Part shown: piece by piece, positions 9,359-18,292 of the stretch | How the letters are laid out: each line of letters starts with the position of its first letter | Position numbering within the stretch: the stretch's first letter is position 1 | Assembly: GCF_000025505.1 (NCBI RefSeq) | Contig: NC_013849.1 | Span: forward strand, 1,110,001-1,142,000 | Reading direction: 5' to 3' | Source of the DNA: Ferroglobus placidus DSM 10642 | Lineage (GTDB): Archaea > Halobacteriota > Archaeoglobi > Archaeoglobales > Archaeoglobaceae | Length of the DNA stretch: 32,000 nucleotides | The notes under the pieces: generated by a model | What the model saw: the letters and a program-made list of their open reading frames with translations, nothing else | The model's database searches: none | Told to the model about the DNA's origin: nothing | Position numbers and translations under genes: made by a program

Positions 9359-10104
9359 AGAAAATTACCTGGTGCCCGGGCTGCGGAAATTTCGGGATTC
9401 TCAGAGCTTTTAAAAATACGATAAAAAGGCTCGTCGAGGAAGGGCACGAAGTAGGAAAGTTCGTCGTAGCTTCCGGAATTGGCTGTCACGGGAAAATTGC
9501 AGACTATATAGAGCTTCCTTCGTTTCACGTAATTCACGGGAGAGTGATTCCGTTTCTAACCGGATTAAAGCTTGCAAATCCGGAATTGGTGGCTATAGGC
9601 TTTGCCGGGGACGGGGATCAGTACAACGAAGGTTTGGATCATTTAATCCACGCCGCAAGGAGAAACGTTAACATCACAGTTTTCGTTCACAACAACGGGG
9701 TTTTCGGCTTGACAACCGGACAATTCACAGCAACGACGCCGAAAGGAAAGGTAACGAGAACGACGCCAAGGGGAAATCCGGAAATTCCTTTAAATCCCGT
9801 AATGTTGGCTCTCGTCTCGGGAGCAACTTTTGTGGCGAGAGGTTACGCTGGAAAACTTAACCAACTCGAGGAGATAATGTACAAAGCCATTCTCCACGAA
9901 GGTTTTTCTTTTGTAGACATTCTGCAGCCTTGTGTTAGCTTCAACGACACCTGGAGTTACTACAACAAAAAGGTCGTCAGCGTCGAAAAACCTGCGAAAA
10001 GTCTTGAGGAGGCTATGAAAATAGCTTCTTCCAATGAGATTTACACAGGAATAATTTACGAGGAGAGGAGAGAGACGCTCGAAGAATTCTTAAAAATAAA
10101 GTAG
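9355..10104 (+). CDS. 2-oxoacid:ferredoxin oxidoreductase, beta (TPP-binding) subunit
   Basis: The ORF is 249 aa. It contains WCPGCGNFGIL and GDGD..NEG and has an ATGA overlap with the alpha subunit gene. Confidence 0.9.
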   Translation: MKKITWCPGCGNFGILRAFKNTIKRLVEEGHEVGKFVVASGIGCHGKIADYIELPSFHVIHGRVIPFLTGLKLANPELVAIGFAGDGDQYNEGLDHLIHAARRNVNITVFVHNNGVFGLTTGQFTATTPKGKVTRTTPRGNPEIPLNPVMLALVSGATFVARGYAGKLNQLEEIMYKAILHEGFSFVDILQPCVSFNDTWSYYNKKVVSVEKPAKSLEEAMKIASSNEIYTGIIYEERRETLEEFLKIK

Positions 10105-10107
10105 AGA

Positions 10108-10593
10108 TCATTCTACAAACCTTCCATCATCTTTTGAGGTTGTAAGCTTGTGCAGATTTTCTTTAAGCCATCCTATTCTGTCCGCTTCCCTAACATCAAA
10201 TTCGGGAACGTAAGGCTTGATATCAAGCAAAAGTGTACCATCTACGATGTCTACATCCTGAATGTAAAGCACGTTTTCTTCTATTTTGGTGAGGCGCACG
10301 ACCGAGATGCCTATCGGATTCGGTCTGCTTGGTGCTCGCGTTGCAAACACTCCTCTAACTTTGTCATCCATAAACGGCTTCACTTTTAACGACGATTTTC
10401 TGACTAAGTGGAAGTGGTAGATTAAGATAATATGGGAAAAGCCTTCAAGATCTTTCAATCCCTCGGCATATTCTGGAAATACTACAACTTTTCCTTTTAC
10501 ACCTTTCGCAGCTGTGGGCTGTATTGGAGTCCCTTTAGGCTCTTTGAACGGGGAATAAATTATTCCTATTGGCTTATATTTTATTTCATTCAT
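10108..10593 (-). CDS. trmO: TsaA/YaeB-family tRNA methyltransferase (TrmO-like)
   Basis: The ORF is 161 aa. It contains PIGIIYSPFKEPKGTPIQP, GVFATRAPSRPNPIG and GTLLLDIKPY. Confidence 0.8.
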   Translation of the reverse strand: MNEIKYKPIGIIYSPFKEPKGTPIQPTAAKGVKGKVVVFPEYAEGLKDLEGFSHIILIYHFHLVRKSSLKVKPFMDDKVRGVFATRAPSRPNPIGISVVRLTKIEENVLYIQDVDIVDGTLLLDIKPYVPEFDVREADRIGWLKENLHKLTTSKDDGRFVE

Positions 10594-10625
10594 AAAATAA
10601 AAAATTAATCCAGCAACATCGCTAT

Positions 10626-11633
10626 CTACTTCTTAATTCCGAGGGACTCGTTCGTAAGCTTCATGCTTTCCTCCTTGTCAGCCAGCTCGAACATCGCTCT
10701 TATCGCATCAACGTTCTCTGGAACGACGATAGCCTCCTGATGAATCGCTTGCACGGCAAAAAGCTCTCCCTCGTGGATTGCCAAGCTCTCCCTCCAAACC
10801 ACGTTCTCGAAAATGTCGTACCTCATTCTCAGCTCCCTCGCGTACTCTATTATCTTCGCAGTGGACGTGAATCCGTCTTCCTCGGAAATCAGCATTATCC
10901 TCGGCTCGTCTTCTAAAGCTGCGACGATGTCTTCGAGCTTTCCGTCGAGCTCTATGGAAATGCCGTGAACGTGCATGAGAGTTGTTGGAACTTTGAAAGC
11001 TGTCGTGACTATGTTAACGTCAGGTAAAACTGTTTTAACGTCTTCCGCGTGGTGAGAGGGAAGCCTGACGGGATCCGGCATTATTCCGTTAACGAGACCC
11101 TTCTTGTCCTCCTTTGGGTCGACGACTCTTCTTATCATCGTCGCTCTAACCTTCTTCACGTCTGCTACGCTTTTAACCACCGAAATGAATCTCGCCAATC
11201 CAGTGGTGTTGCAGCTCACGACTCTGACGAAGTTCTTACCTCTCGCATCATCGTAGTTCGCGAGAGCGTTGAAAGACACTTCAGCAACGTGACTCTTCTC
11301 TCCTCCCTGGAAAATAGCCTTAACTCCAGCTTTTTCGTATTTCGGCTTGTTCTCAGCCCCAACCTTGTTTGGAGAGCAGTCAACAACAACGTCAACCTTC
11401 TCAAGCAAGTCGTCTATCGTCCCTTCCACTTTCACCTCTGCTTTCTCGAACAGCTCTATTCTTTCCGGAATCGCTACGTAGAGCTTGTAACCCTTTTTCA
11501 CAGCAAGTTTCGCCTCGAAGTCCGGCTTCGTTTTTGTAACTCCGACTACTTCCATGTCCTTCTGCAGGTTCACGGCATCGGCAACTCTCTTTCCAATCGT
11601 TCCGTACCCGTTTACAGCTACTTTAACCTTCAT
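10626..11633 (-). CDS. gap: Glyceraldehyde-3-phosphate dehydrogenase, archaeal type II
   Basis: The ORF is 335 aa. It contains VAVNGYGTIGKRVADAV and the active-site segment VSCNTTGL. Confidence 0.95.
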   Translation of the reverse strand: MKVKVAVNGYGTIGKRVADAVNLQKDMEVVGVTKTKPDFEAKLAVKKGYKLYVAIPERIELFEKAEVKVEGTIDDLLEKVDVVVDCSPNKVGAENKPKYEKAGVKAIFQGGEKSHVAEVSFNALANYDDARGKNFVRVVSCNTTGLARFISVVKSVADVKKVRATMIRRVVDPKEDKKGLVNGIMPDPVRLPSHHAEDVKTVLPDVNIVTTAFKVPTTLMHVHGISIELDGKLEDIVAALEDEPRIMLISEEDGFTSTAKIIEYARELRMRYDIFENVVWRESLAIHEGELFAVQAIHQEAIVVPENVDAIRAMFELADKEESMKLTNESLGIKK

Positions 11634-11817
11634 AGGGCACCACCAAGATTTTGTGACTCCTCATATCCATAAGAGCGATTTTACCTTCAACCTCCCTGTA
11701 CTCACCAAGAAGCCCATAGAGTTTAAGCTTTCCGTTTTCCACCTCAATTCTAACAACATCCTCCATTAACAACTCTTCCGAATCACCCTTCTTGAAAACC
11801 ACCTTTGATTCGCACAT
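11623..11817 (-). CDS. CooT-family small protein, a putative Ni-binding protein formerly called a predicted RNA-binding protein
   Basis: The ORF is 64 aa. It starts MCESKVVFKK with Cys2. The layout ...DVVRIEVENGKLKLYGLLGE...GKIALMDMRSHKILV parallels CooT as I remember it. Its 3' end overlaps the gap start by 11 nt. Confidence 0.65.
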   Translation of the reverse strand: MCESKVVFKKGDSEELLMEDVVRIEVENGKLKLYGLLGEYREVEGKIALMDMRSHKILVVPYEG

Positions 11818-11848
11818 ATTAAGATCTTTACAAGAGAAAAGAAAAATG

Positions 11849-12349
11849 TTATCCGTGTTTTAAAAACATCCTCGTGAGTCTTTCGACGGGAAAGTATTCG
11901 GTTATGTTGAAGAGTATTTTTCCAGCATGAAATATATTGTAATTTCTAACGAGAAAGTACTCCTCCCCGAATTTTTCCTTCAAACCCCTTATCCTCCTCA
12001 CCTCAAACCAGTTAACGTCCCTCCTCACCTCAAGGTTATGTTTCCTTATTATTTTTCCGATTGGCACATCCGCTCGCATCAAATCTTCTCTTACTCCGTT
12101 AAAAACGCTTTTAATCGGAAAATAAGAAACCGCCAAAGCTAAAATTTCGTCAGCAAGAATTTCCACTACCCTCCAGTTCACGAAGTCTCCGACATCTATC
12201 TCTAAAAGTTCCGCCACCCTCTCGTCGGCTTTAACAACTTTTTGAGCTAAAGTTCTCACTTTCACCTCTTTTCCGGTTAAAGCTTCTAAAATCGTCGTTA
12301 CCGAGCCGTCGGTTGTTGCGAGAATTTTTAAGAAAGGATTTAACTCCAA
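11849..12349 (-). CDS. Chorismate-lyase-fold (DUF98/UbiC-like) protein
   Basis: The ORF is 166 aa. The N-terminal LKILATTDGSVTTILEALTG is typical of the chorismate pyruvate-lyase/UTRA-like fold family. Confidence 0.6.
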   Translation of the reverse strand: MELNPFLKILATTDGSVTTILEALTGKEVKVRTLAQKVVKADERVAELLEIDVGDFVNWRVVEILADEILALAVSYFPIKSVFNGVREDLMRADVPIGKIIRKHNLEVRRDVNWFEVRRIRGLKEKFGEEYFLVRNYNIFHAGKILFNITEYFPVERLTRMFLKHG

Positions 12350-13302
12350 AGGCTCTCCACCTCTCCAACCGGCTTTCCGGCTTTCGTTTTTGGAGCGATA
12401 TAGTTCAGAAACTTCTCGAAGTCAACTCTGTAAAGTCGAAATCTCACTATAATTGGAGAAAGCGTCGCATCGTAGTCGGTGAAGCTTATTTTAGAGACGG
12501 TAGCAACCTGTTTGTTCAGAAGCAACGTTATCTCCCTTCCTCTCCTATTCTTTATCATCTCGCTTCTCACTGTGTCGAGAATTCTCTGCCTCCTTATGAG
12601 ATCCCTGAATTTTTCCAGACTCTTCGCCTTAGCCTTTAATTTTCCATCGACTATTTCAATTTCTGCGTCGGGAAAAATGTTTTTCACGGCATTTATTACC
12701 TTTTCCGGGTCTTCTGTAGGGTGAATGTCAGTCTCAACTTCTATCTCAACTTTCTCGATCAGCCTGTCGAGAAGAGCTCTAACCTTCTCCCTGAACTCCT
12801 CTAATGTCGAGGTGTTTTCGATGGTAAAATCTGCTATCTTCAGCGCTTCTTCCATACTCCAAGAAAGCTCCCTCTCGTCTCTTTTCTTAAGGTCTTCTAT
12901 AGTCTTCACGTCGTCTTCCCTCTTCCTCTTCAAAGCTCTTTGAAATCTTATCTCAAGAGGACACTCGATAGCTATGAGTATGAAATCCTCTCCAAATTCT
13001 TTTTTCAACCTCTCTACTTCCGCTATTCCTCTAATTCCATCCACAACAACCGCTCCGTGATTTTTTCCAAGCTCCCTTATCTTGGGAATTATCCTCTTCG
13101 CTATTGCATCCATCCCCTCCTTTTTTCTTAACTCAGAAGCAACTCTTCCCACGTTCTCGTCCGTCAGTTCGAGCCCTCTCCTTTTTGTTTCCTCTCTCAC
13201 GACGTCTCCCATCACGACGACTGGAATTCCCATTTCCCTCGCTATTTCTGCCGCGGTAGTTTTACCACTCAGCGGCAAACCTACGAAGGCGATAATTTTC
13301 AT
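12340..13302 (-). CDS. Fusion of a UPF0200 P-loop kinase-like domain with a UPF0201 domain, as in A. fulgidus AF_1395
   Basis: The ORF is 320 aa. The N-terminal P-loop reads GLPLSGKTT. The C-terminal half, EVETDIHPTEDPEKV...RQRILDTVR, resembles the UPF0201 family. Confidence 0.75.
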   Translation of the reverse strand: MKIIAFVGLPLSGKTTAAEIAREMGIPVVVMGDVVREETKRRGLELTDENVGRVASELRKKEGMDAIAKRIIPKIRELGKNHGAVVVDGIRGIAEVERLKKEFGEDFILIAIECPLEIRFQRALKRKREDDVKTIEDLKKRDERELSWSMEEALKIADFTIENTSTLEEFREKVRALLDRLIEKVEIEVETDIHPTEDPEKVINAVKNIFPDAEIEIVDGKLKAKAKSLEKFRDLIRRQRILDTVRSEMIKNRRGREITLLLNKQVATVSKISFTDYDATLSPIIVRFRLYRVDFEKFLNYIAPKTKAGKPVGEVESLWS

Positions 13303-13409
13303 CGAAGTTGATTCGGAAAGGAGGTAATATAAATTTGCTAATCTCGGTTTTTACAAAACCAATCAAAACCTCTTCTCATTTTTAATCCCCATCCTTTTCA
13401 TGGCAGAAC

Positions 13410-13634
13410 ATGAAGTTCAGAGTTGAGTTTAACGCAGAGAGATGCGGTGGAGCTGGAGAATGCGTTGCCGTTTGCGACAAAGGAGTTTGGAGCTGGAAAG
13501 AAGTCGAATTCAGCTTTTTCGGAAAAAGGTTCAGGAGGTTAATGCCCTTTCCGGTAAGTCAGGAGAAGTGCGTTGGTTGCAGAAAGTGCGAGAGGATTTG
13601 CCCAACTAAGTGTATTAAGGTAGTCGAAGCTTAA
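13410..13634 (+). CDS. Small 4Fe-4S ferredoxin-domain protein
   Basis: The ORF is 74 aa. It has one canonical motif, CVGCRKCERICP, and one atypical Cys group, CGGAGECVAVC. Confidence 0.75.
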   Translation: MKFRVEFNAERCGGAGECVAVCDKGVWSWKEVEFSFFGKRFRRLMPFPVSQEKCVGCRKCERICPTKCIKVVEA

Positions 13635-13909
13635 AAGCGAAAGATTTAAATCAAGTTATCCTGTCTTCTTTTCAAGATAACTTTAAAAGCGGTTGTATGT
13701 TACTCGAGGTTGCTGTAAGTATTGCTGTGCCGCACTCCTTAGCTCCCGATCACTACTTGCCGATCACTGCTCTTGGGAAAACAGCATACCAATTTTCTTG
13801 ACAATTTTCAGACTTGCTTATGCGATAATCGCTTTCATTGGAGCGATATCGTATTTGCTAACGAGGAAAATCGAAAACGTTAACATTAAATTTCTGAAAG
13901 TAATGTAGT

Positions 13910-15721
13910 ATGAGCTTCACATCCAAACTTCTTGAAATCGACCTGAGCGAGGAAAGATGGGAAGAGGTAGAAATTGACTCGGAAGCTTACGAAAGAAATC
14001 TCGGAATAATTGGTATCGCTTACGAAATTGCTGAAAAACTCGCCGGGAGATTTAGCCCCTTCGACGAGGACAATTTCGTGATTTTCGCTGCTGGAATTTT
14101 GACGAACACATCAATGCCGGGAGCAAGTAAGGTTGTTGCTGTAACTAAAAACCCCCTCAACAACACTTATGGACCTTCCGTTGGCGGGGGAGCCTTTGCG
14201 AGAGACATGAAAAGAGCCGGATACGATTTGATAGTGATAAAGGGGAGGGCGGAAAAGCCAGTCTGGATCGACATAAGCGAGGGAAAAGTTGAGGTAAACG
14301 AAGCTAAATTCTGGGGGAGGGATGCTGTTGAAAGTTACGAGCTTTTAAAAGAGAAGGGAAAAAGCGTCCTGACGATCGGTCAGGCGGGAGAAAATCTTGT
14401 CAGTTACGCTTTAACTTTAATAGACGGAGTGCACCACTTGGGAAAAGCCGGACTCGGAGCCGTTCTCGGAAGCAAGAACTTAAAGGCTATAAGGGTCGGC
14501 GGTAGTAAGAAGAGCAGAATAGCTGATGAAAACAAGTTCGACGAAGTTGTTAAGGCGGTAAGAAAAAAGATTCTCTCGGATAAGGTGACGAAGCTTTACG
14601 CCGAAGTTGGAATAATGGCTGCCTGGGAAAACTGGGCGAAGTTCGGCTACCTCGCGAATAAGATGAAAAGCGAAGCGATAAGCAAAGAGGTTGCGGAGGA
14701 GTTCGGAGTTAAAAAGTACCTTGAGAAGATTAAAGTCAGAAGTTTGGGCTGCTTCGGCTGTCCTTCTCCTTGCAAAGCTGTTTTAAAAGCTAAGATCAAC
14801 GGGAAAGAGATCGTAACTAAAGCCTCTCTCTACCTCGGCGTTGCTTACGAATTCGGCGTGAAGTGCGGAGTGAAGAAAGCTGAGGAGGCTGTTTTTTGCC
14901 ACGATCTTGCGAACAGATTCGGAATAGATGCCATGCTTTTTGCCGAGCTTTTCGACGTACTTGCAACGCTAAAGGAAGAGGGAAAGATCGATTTGGAAAT
15001 TAAAAGGGACTTTGACAGCGTTGTAAGGTTTCTGAAGCTTGTGGCTGAGAGAAAGGAAGTTGGAGAGAAGCTTGCTAAAGGAATTGACGGAGTAAAGGAA
15101 ATAGCGGAGTTTGAAGACTACTTCATCAAGAAAATGGAGCCACTATTTGATCCGAGGGTTTCCTCGGGAAGTGAGGCTTTTGGGTTGTTGACGAATCCGA
15201 GGGGTGCTCAAGAAGGTCCGGTTACTCCTACAGTACTGCCGGGGAGAAGTAGGGAGAGCTTGGAGAGATACATGAGGAGCATAGGGGCGAGTGAGGAATT
15301 AATAAGAAAAACGTTCGAAAACGGATTTAACTCCGCTCTGTACACTTTGGCAGCCGAAAACTGGCTTTGGACCTTAAACGGAATGGGGATATGCAGGAGA
15401 GAGAGCATAGCGAGAAGTCTAAACATAGAGACGGTCAAAGATCTTTTTGTTTCTGCGACTGGAATAGAAGCGAGCAGTGAGGATATCGTTAAAGCTGCCG
15501 CAAGAGCCTTTACCATCTGCAGAAAACTGAATTGCTCGGAAGGATACTCGATGAAAGACGACCTTCCTCCAAAGAGGTTTTTCCAACCTCTGAAAACTTG
15601 GGAAGGGGAAAAAGTTTGGAGAGATTACTTGACAGGAAAAGAGATTAAATTTGAGGATGTTGTGAAAATGCTTAAAGAATACTACAGATTCAGAGGCTGG
15701 AAGGAAAACGGCTGCCCCTAA
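13910..15721 (+). CDS. Aldehyde:ferredoxin oxidoreductase family (tungstopterin) enzyme; subfamily not assignable
   Basis: The ORF is 603 aa. It has an AOR-type N-terminus (LLEIDLSEERWEEVEI) and the cluster motif GCFGCPSPC (CxxCxxxC). Confidence 0.85.
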   Translation: MSFTSKLLEIDLSEERWEEVEIDSEAYERNLGIIGIAYEIAEKLAGRFSPFDEDNFVIFAAGILTNTSMPGASKVVAVTKNPLNNTYGPSVGGGAFARDMKRAGYDLIVIKGRAEKPVWIDISEGKVEVNEAKFWGRDAVESYELLKEKGKSVLTIGQAGENLVSYALTLIDGVHHLGKAGLGAVLGSKNLKAIRVGGSKKSRIADENKFDEVVKAVRKKILSDKVTKLYAEVGIMAAWENWAKFGYLANKMKSEAISKEVAEEFGVKKYLEKIKVRSLGCFGCPSPCKAVLKAKINGKEIVTKASLYLGVAYEFGVKCGVKKAEEAVFCHDLANRFGIDAMLFAELFDVLATLKEEGKIDLEIKRDFDSVVRFLKLVAERKEVGEKLAKGIDGVKEIAEFEDYFIKKMEPLFDPRVSSGSEAFGLLTNPRGAQEGPVTPTVLPGRSRESLERYMRSIGASEELIRKTFENGFNSALYTLAAENWLWTLNGMGICRRESIARSLNIETVKDLFVSATGIEASSEDIVKAAARAFTICRKLNCSEGYSMKDDLPPKRFFQPLKTWEGEKVWRDYLTGKEIKFEDVVKMLKEYYRFRGWKENGCP

Positions 15722-15752
15722 TTTTTATATTCATGTTCCCCAAGAAAACTTC

Positions 15753-16271
15753 GTGCAGATCGCCCTTACCGGAAGACCGGGGATAGGGAAGACCACGGCT
15801 TGTTTAAAAATTTTCGAAAAACTGAAAGACGAGATGAAAATTTCCGGATTCGTTACGAAAGAAGTGAGGGAGAAGGGGAGGAGAATAGGTTTCAAGCTTG
15901 TCAACCTCGAAAGTGGAGAGGAGAGCTGGTTGGCTAAAGTGGGAGAAGGGAAAGTTAAAGTTGGGAAGTATGCAGTTTTCGTTGAAAACCTTGAGAAGTT
16001 TCTCGACGAAATTTCTCTCGATTCCGATTTGATAATCATCGACGAAGTCGGACCGATGGAATTAAAAAGCGAGAAATTCGTTAAGTTCGTCGAAAATTTA
16101 CTCAGAAAAGACAATGTAATTTTCACGATCCATTACAAAGCTTGCCACAGAATTTTGGACGAGATAAGAAGGAGATTCAAAGTCATTACTCTGACGGAAG
16201 AGAACAGGAATAAAGCGGTGGAAGAGGTGGTAGAGATTGTTAGAGGAAGGAAAAGCCAAGATAGTAACTGA
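15753..16271 (+). CDS. THEP1/MJ1559-type nucleoside triphosphatase
   Basis: The ORF is 172 aa with a GTG start. Walker A reads GRPGIGKTT, Walker B reads LIIIDEVGPMEL, and the RIGFK block is present. Confidence 0.8.
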   Translation: MQIALTGRPGIGKTTACLKIFEKLKDEMKISGFVTKEVREKGRRIGFKLVNLESGEESWLAKVGEGKVKVGKYAVFVENLEKFLDEISLDSDLIIIDEVGPMELKSEKFVKFVENLLRKDNVIFTIHYKACHRILDEIRRRFKVITLTEENRNKAVEEVVEIVRGRKSQDSN

Positions 16272-17277
16272 TGGCGTTTTTTACAATCCGAGGATGAAGT
16301 TTTGCAGAGACGTGGACGTGGTGGTCTTTTCTGAGTTGAAAGCAAAAAGCTACCTCGACGCTTTAGCCGGAAGTGGTGTGAGAGGGATAAGGGCGATGCT
16401 TGAGGCTGGTTACGATAACGTCGTATTCAACGATAAAAACCCGAAGGCTTGTGAGGTGATAAGGAAGAATTTGGAGATGAACGGGCTGAAAGCTGAAGTC
16501 CTCTGCAGAGATGCCGTAGCTTTGATGAGGGAGAGGAAGTTCGATCACATAGATCTCGACCCTTTCGGTTCACCAGCCGAGTTTATAGATGCGGCTTGCT
16601 TCTCCGCTAAGAGGTTTTTGAGCGTCACAGCCACAGATACCGCAGCTCTGTGCGGTTCTGCTACAGTTTCTGGATTGAGAAAGTACTCGTCTTTCGCAAT
16701 AAAAACGGAATTCTACCACGAAATTGGGTTGAGGAATTTAATCGGGAAAATAGCGAGGGAGGCAACGAAGTACGATAAGAGTTTGGAGGTCTTAATTTCT
16801 TGGGCAAAAGAGCATTACTACAGAGTTTACGTAAGATTCAAAAGCTCTCCGAGGTTGGCTGGAAAGCTGTACGAGAAAATTGGATTTCTTTACTACTGCA
16901 AGAATTGCTTGAACAGAACCTGGAGGAACTTTTACGAAGAGCCCGAAGCCGTTTGCTCCTGCGGGAAAAAGTTCGTTGAGCTCGGACCTCTCTGGCTCGG
17001 AGAACTTCATTTGAAAGAGTTCGTTTCAAATTTAAGAGGTGAAAAAAGCGTTGAGAAACTTTTGGAGAGGATAAGAGAGGAGATAAACTCAGTCAGTTAC
17101 TACAACATCCACGCGATCTGTTTTAAACTTCGCGTCTCCCCTCCTCCGCTTTCAAAAATAATTGAGAAGCTGAAAGAAATTGGCTACGAAGCTTCGAAAA
17201 CGAGGTTTGAGGGGGCTAATTTAAAAACAAACGCGGACGTTGAAGAGCTGAAGAATGTCATTTTAGCTCTTCAATAG
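16237..17277 (+). CDS. trm1: tRNA (guanine26-N2)-dimethyltransferase Trm1
   Basis: The ORF is 346 aa. EEGKAKI...VFYNPRMKFCRD matches the Trm1 N-terminus, and the LDPFGS motif is present. The only in-frame start after the stop at 16231 is the TTG at 16237, giving a 35 nt overlap with the upstream gene. Confidence 0.85.
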   Translation: MLEEGKAKIVTDGVFYNPRMKFCRDVDVVVFSELKAKSYLDALAGSGVRGIRAMLEAGYDNVVFNDKNPKACEVIRKNLEMNGLKAEVLCRDAVALMRERKFDHIDLDPFGSPAEFIDAACFSAKRFLSVTATDTAALCGSATVSGLRKYSSFAIKTEFYHEIGLRNLIGKIAREATKYDKSLEVLISWAKEHYYRVYVRFKSSPRLAGKLYEKIGFLYYCKNCLNRTWRNFYEEPEAVCSCGKKFVELGPLWLGELHLKEFVSNLRGEKSVEKLLERIREEINSVSYYNIHAICFKLRVSPPPLSKIIEKLKEIGYEASKTRFEGANLKTNADVEELKNVILALQ

Positions 17278-18292
17278 CTTTTAGAATTTCCTCCGCTTTG
17301 AACCTCCTCACAACAACGCTCGACAAACCCCTCTCGTACTTTGTCACTACATCTATCAAACGCAAGTACTCAAGCTTCCTCAGAATTTCGTTGAACTTCG
17401 AGTAACTCATTCCCTTAACTTCCGAAAAGATCTCCGCTGCTCTTTTATAATTTGAAGTGTAAATTGCTCTGAGGACCTCCTTTTCTTTTTCGTTCAACGC
17501 AAGAATCATCTTTTTGAAAAAGACGATTTTTCCCTTTTCCTTAGCCATTTCGACGCACTCTTCGTCAACAGCCTCTTTCCCCAGCTTCCAGGAGATTATC
17601 GCCGCCTGCTTCATCAAACTCAATCCGTACCTTAAATCAGCGTAATTAGCTGTTTCTTCGACTATCTCCTCAAAAGCTTCCTCTTTAAAGTTGACGTAAC
17701 TGAGTTTCGCTCTGTCGAGCAGAATTTCCCTAATTTCCTCCTCGCTGTAAGGGGGGAAGTATATCTCGTCTGGATGAAAGACCGAGAGAAGCTCAGAGGA
17801 AAACCTCGCGAGATACTTAAGATCAGTTGAAATTAATATCGCGCTCGACTTCACTCCTTCAACAACTTCGTGGGCTTTGAGAACGGCTAAAAGCGTTTCT
17901 TCAATCACGCCATCCTCCGCAAAATTAGCATCGTCGAGAACTAAAACGAAGGGAGAATCGAGCTTTTTAAAAGCTTCGCTGAAAACCTTTTGAAGGGAAA
18001 CTCCTCTCGGAGGGTAGAAACCCCTTAAGCCCTCGAAGATTTTGAAGAATATTTGCTGCTTCGTTCTGCTTGCCTGACAGTTCACGTAAACGTATTTCGC
18101 GTTTTGAAGCTGATTTAAAACGTATTTAACGACCGTCGTCTTTCCTGTAGCGGGACTTCCCAGGCAGATCGTGTTGGTGGCTCTGCTCCCAAACTCAGCC
18201 GGAGCTAAGTTTGTGGCTAACCTATCCATCTGCTGCTCTCTGAAAAGAATTCTCTCCGGAATGAAGTCCTCGTCGAAAACTTCAAGCCTCAT
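17258..18292 (-). CDS. Divergent Orc1/Cdc6-family AAA+ protein with a C-terminal winged helix
   Basis: The ORF is 344 aa. It contains FIPERILFREQQMDRL, Walker A GSPATGKT, Walker B VLVLDDANF, then ILISTD, YFPPYSEEEIREIL and ADLRYGLSLMKQA. The C-terminus is wHTH-like. Confidence 0.75.
   Translation of the reverse strand: MRLEVFDEDFIPERILFREQQMDRLATNLAPAEFGSRATNTICLGSPATGKTTVVKYVLNQLQNAKYVYVNCQASRTKQQIFFKIFEGLRGFYPPRGVSLQKVFSEAFKKLDSPFVLVLDDANFAEDGVIEETLLAVLKAHEVVEGVKSSAILISTDLKYLARFSSELLSVFHPDEIYFPPYSEEEIREILLDRAKLSYVNFKEEAFEEIVEETANYADLRYGLSLMKQAAIISWKLGKEAVDEECVEMAKEKGKIVFFKKMILALNEKEKEVLRAIYTSNYKRAAEIFSEVKGMSYSKFNEILRKLEYLRLIDVVTKYERGLSSVVVRRFKAEEILKAIEELK

Noticed and set aside
13693-13908. 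Track ORF 13693..13908 (71 aa, TTG start, CCKYCC motif) might be a genuine Cys-rich small protein.
   Set aside because: I do not accept it as a standalone gene call. The TTG start is weak, the N-terminal part overlaps a better-looking ATG-initiated TM peptide in another frame, and the Cys cluster may be a frame artefact. It is kept only as part of the frameshift-relic hypothesis in the findings.
1425-16126. Many long antisense or off-frame track ORFs fall inside well-supported genes. Examples are 1425..1811(-), 2182..2733(-), 3504..4286(-), 4069..4413(-), 5893..6306(-), 6799..7164(+), 11049..11672(+), 12479..13327(+ set), 15208..15516(-) and 15731..16126(-).
   Set aside because: Each lies opposite or out of frame with a gene that has clear family motifs. 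Their translations are Ser/Leu/Arg/Phe-rich low-complexity strings, typical of the reverse strand of E/K-rich hyperthermophile genes.
17258-18292. A replication origin (ORB or mini-ORB repeats, AT-rich unwinding element) might lie next to the Orc1/Cdc6-like gene.
   Set aside because: The gene overlaps its neighbours at both ends (moaB by 4 nt, trm1 by 20 nt), so there is no intergenic DNA at all. The nearest non-coding stretches (19803-19832 and 20166-20228) are short and show no repeated ORB-like elements.
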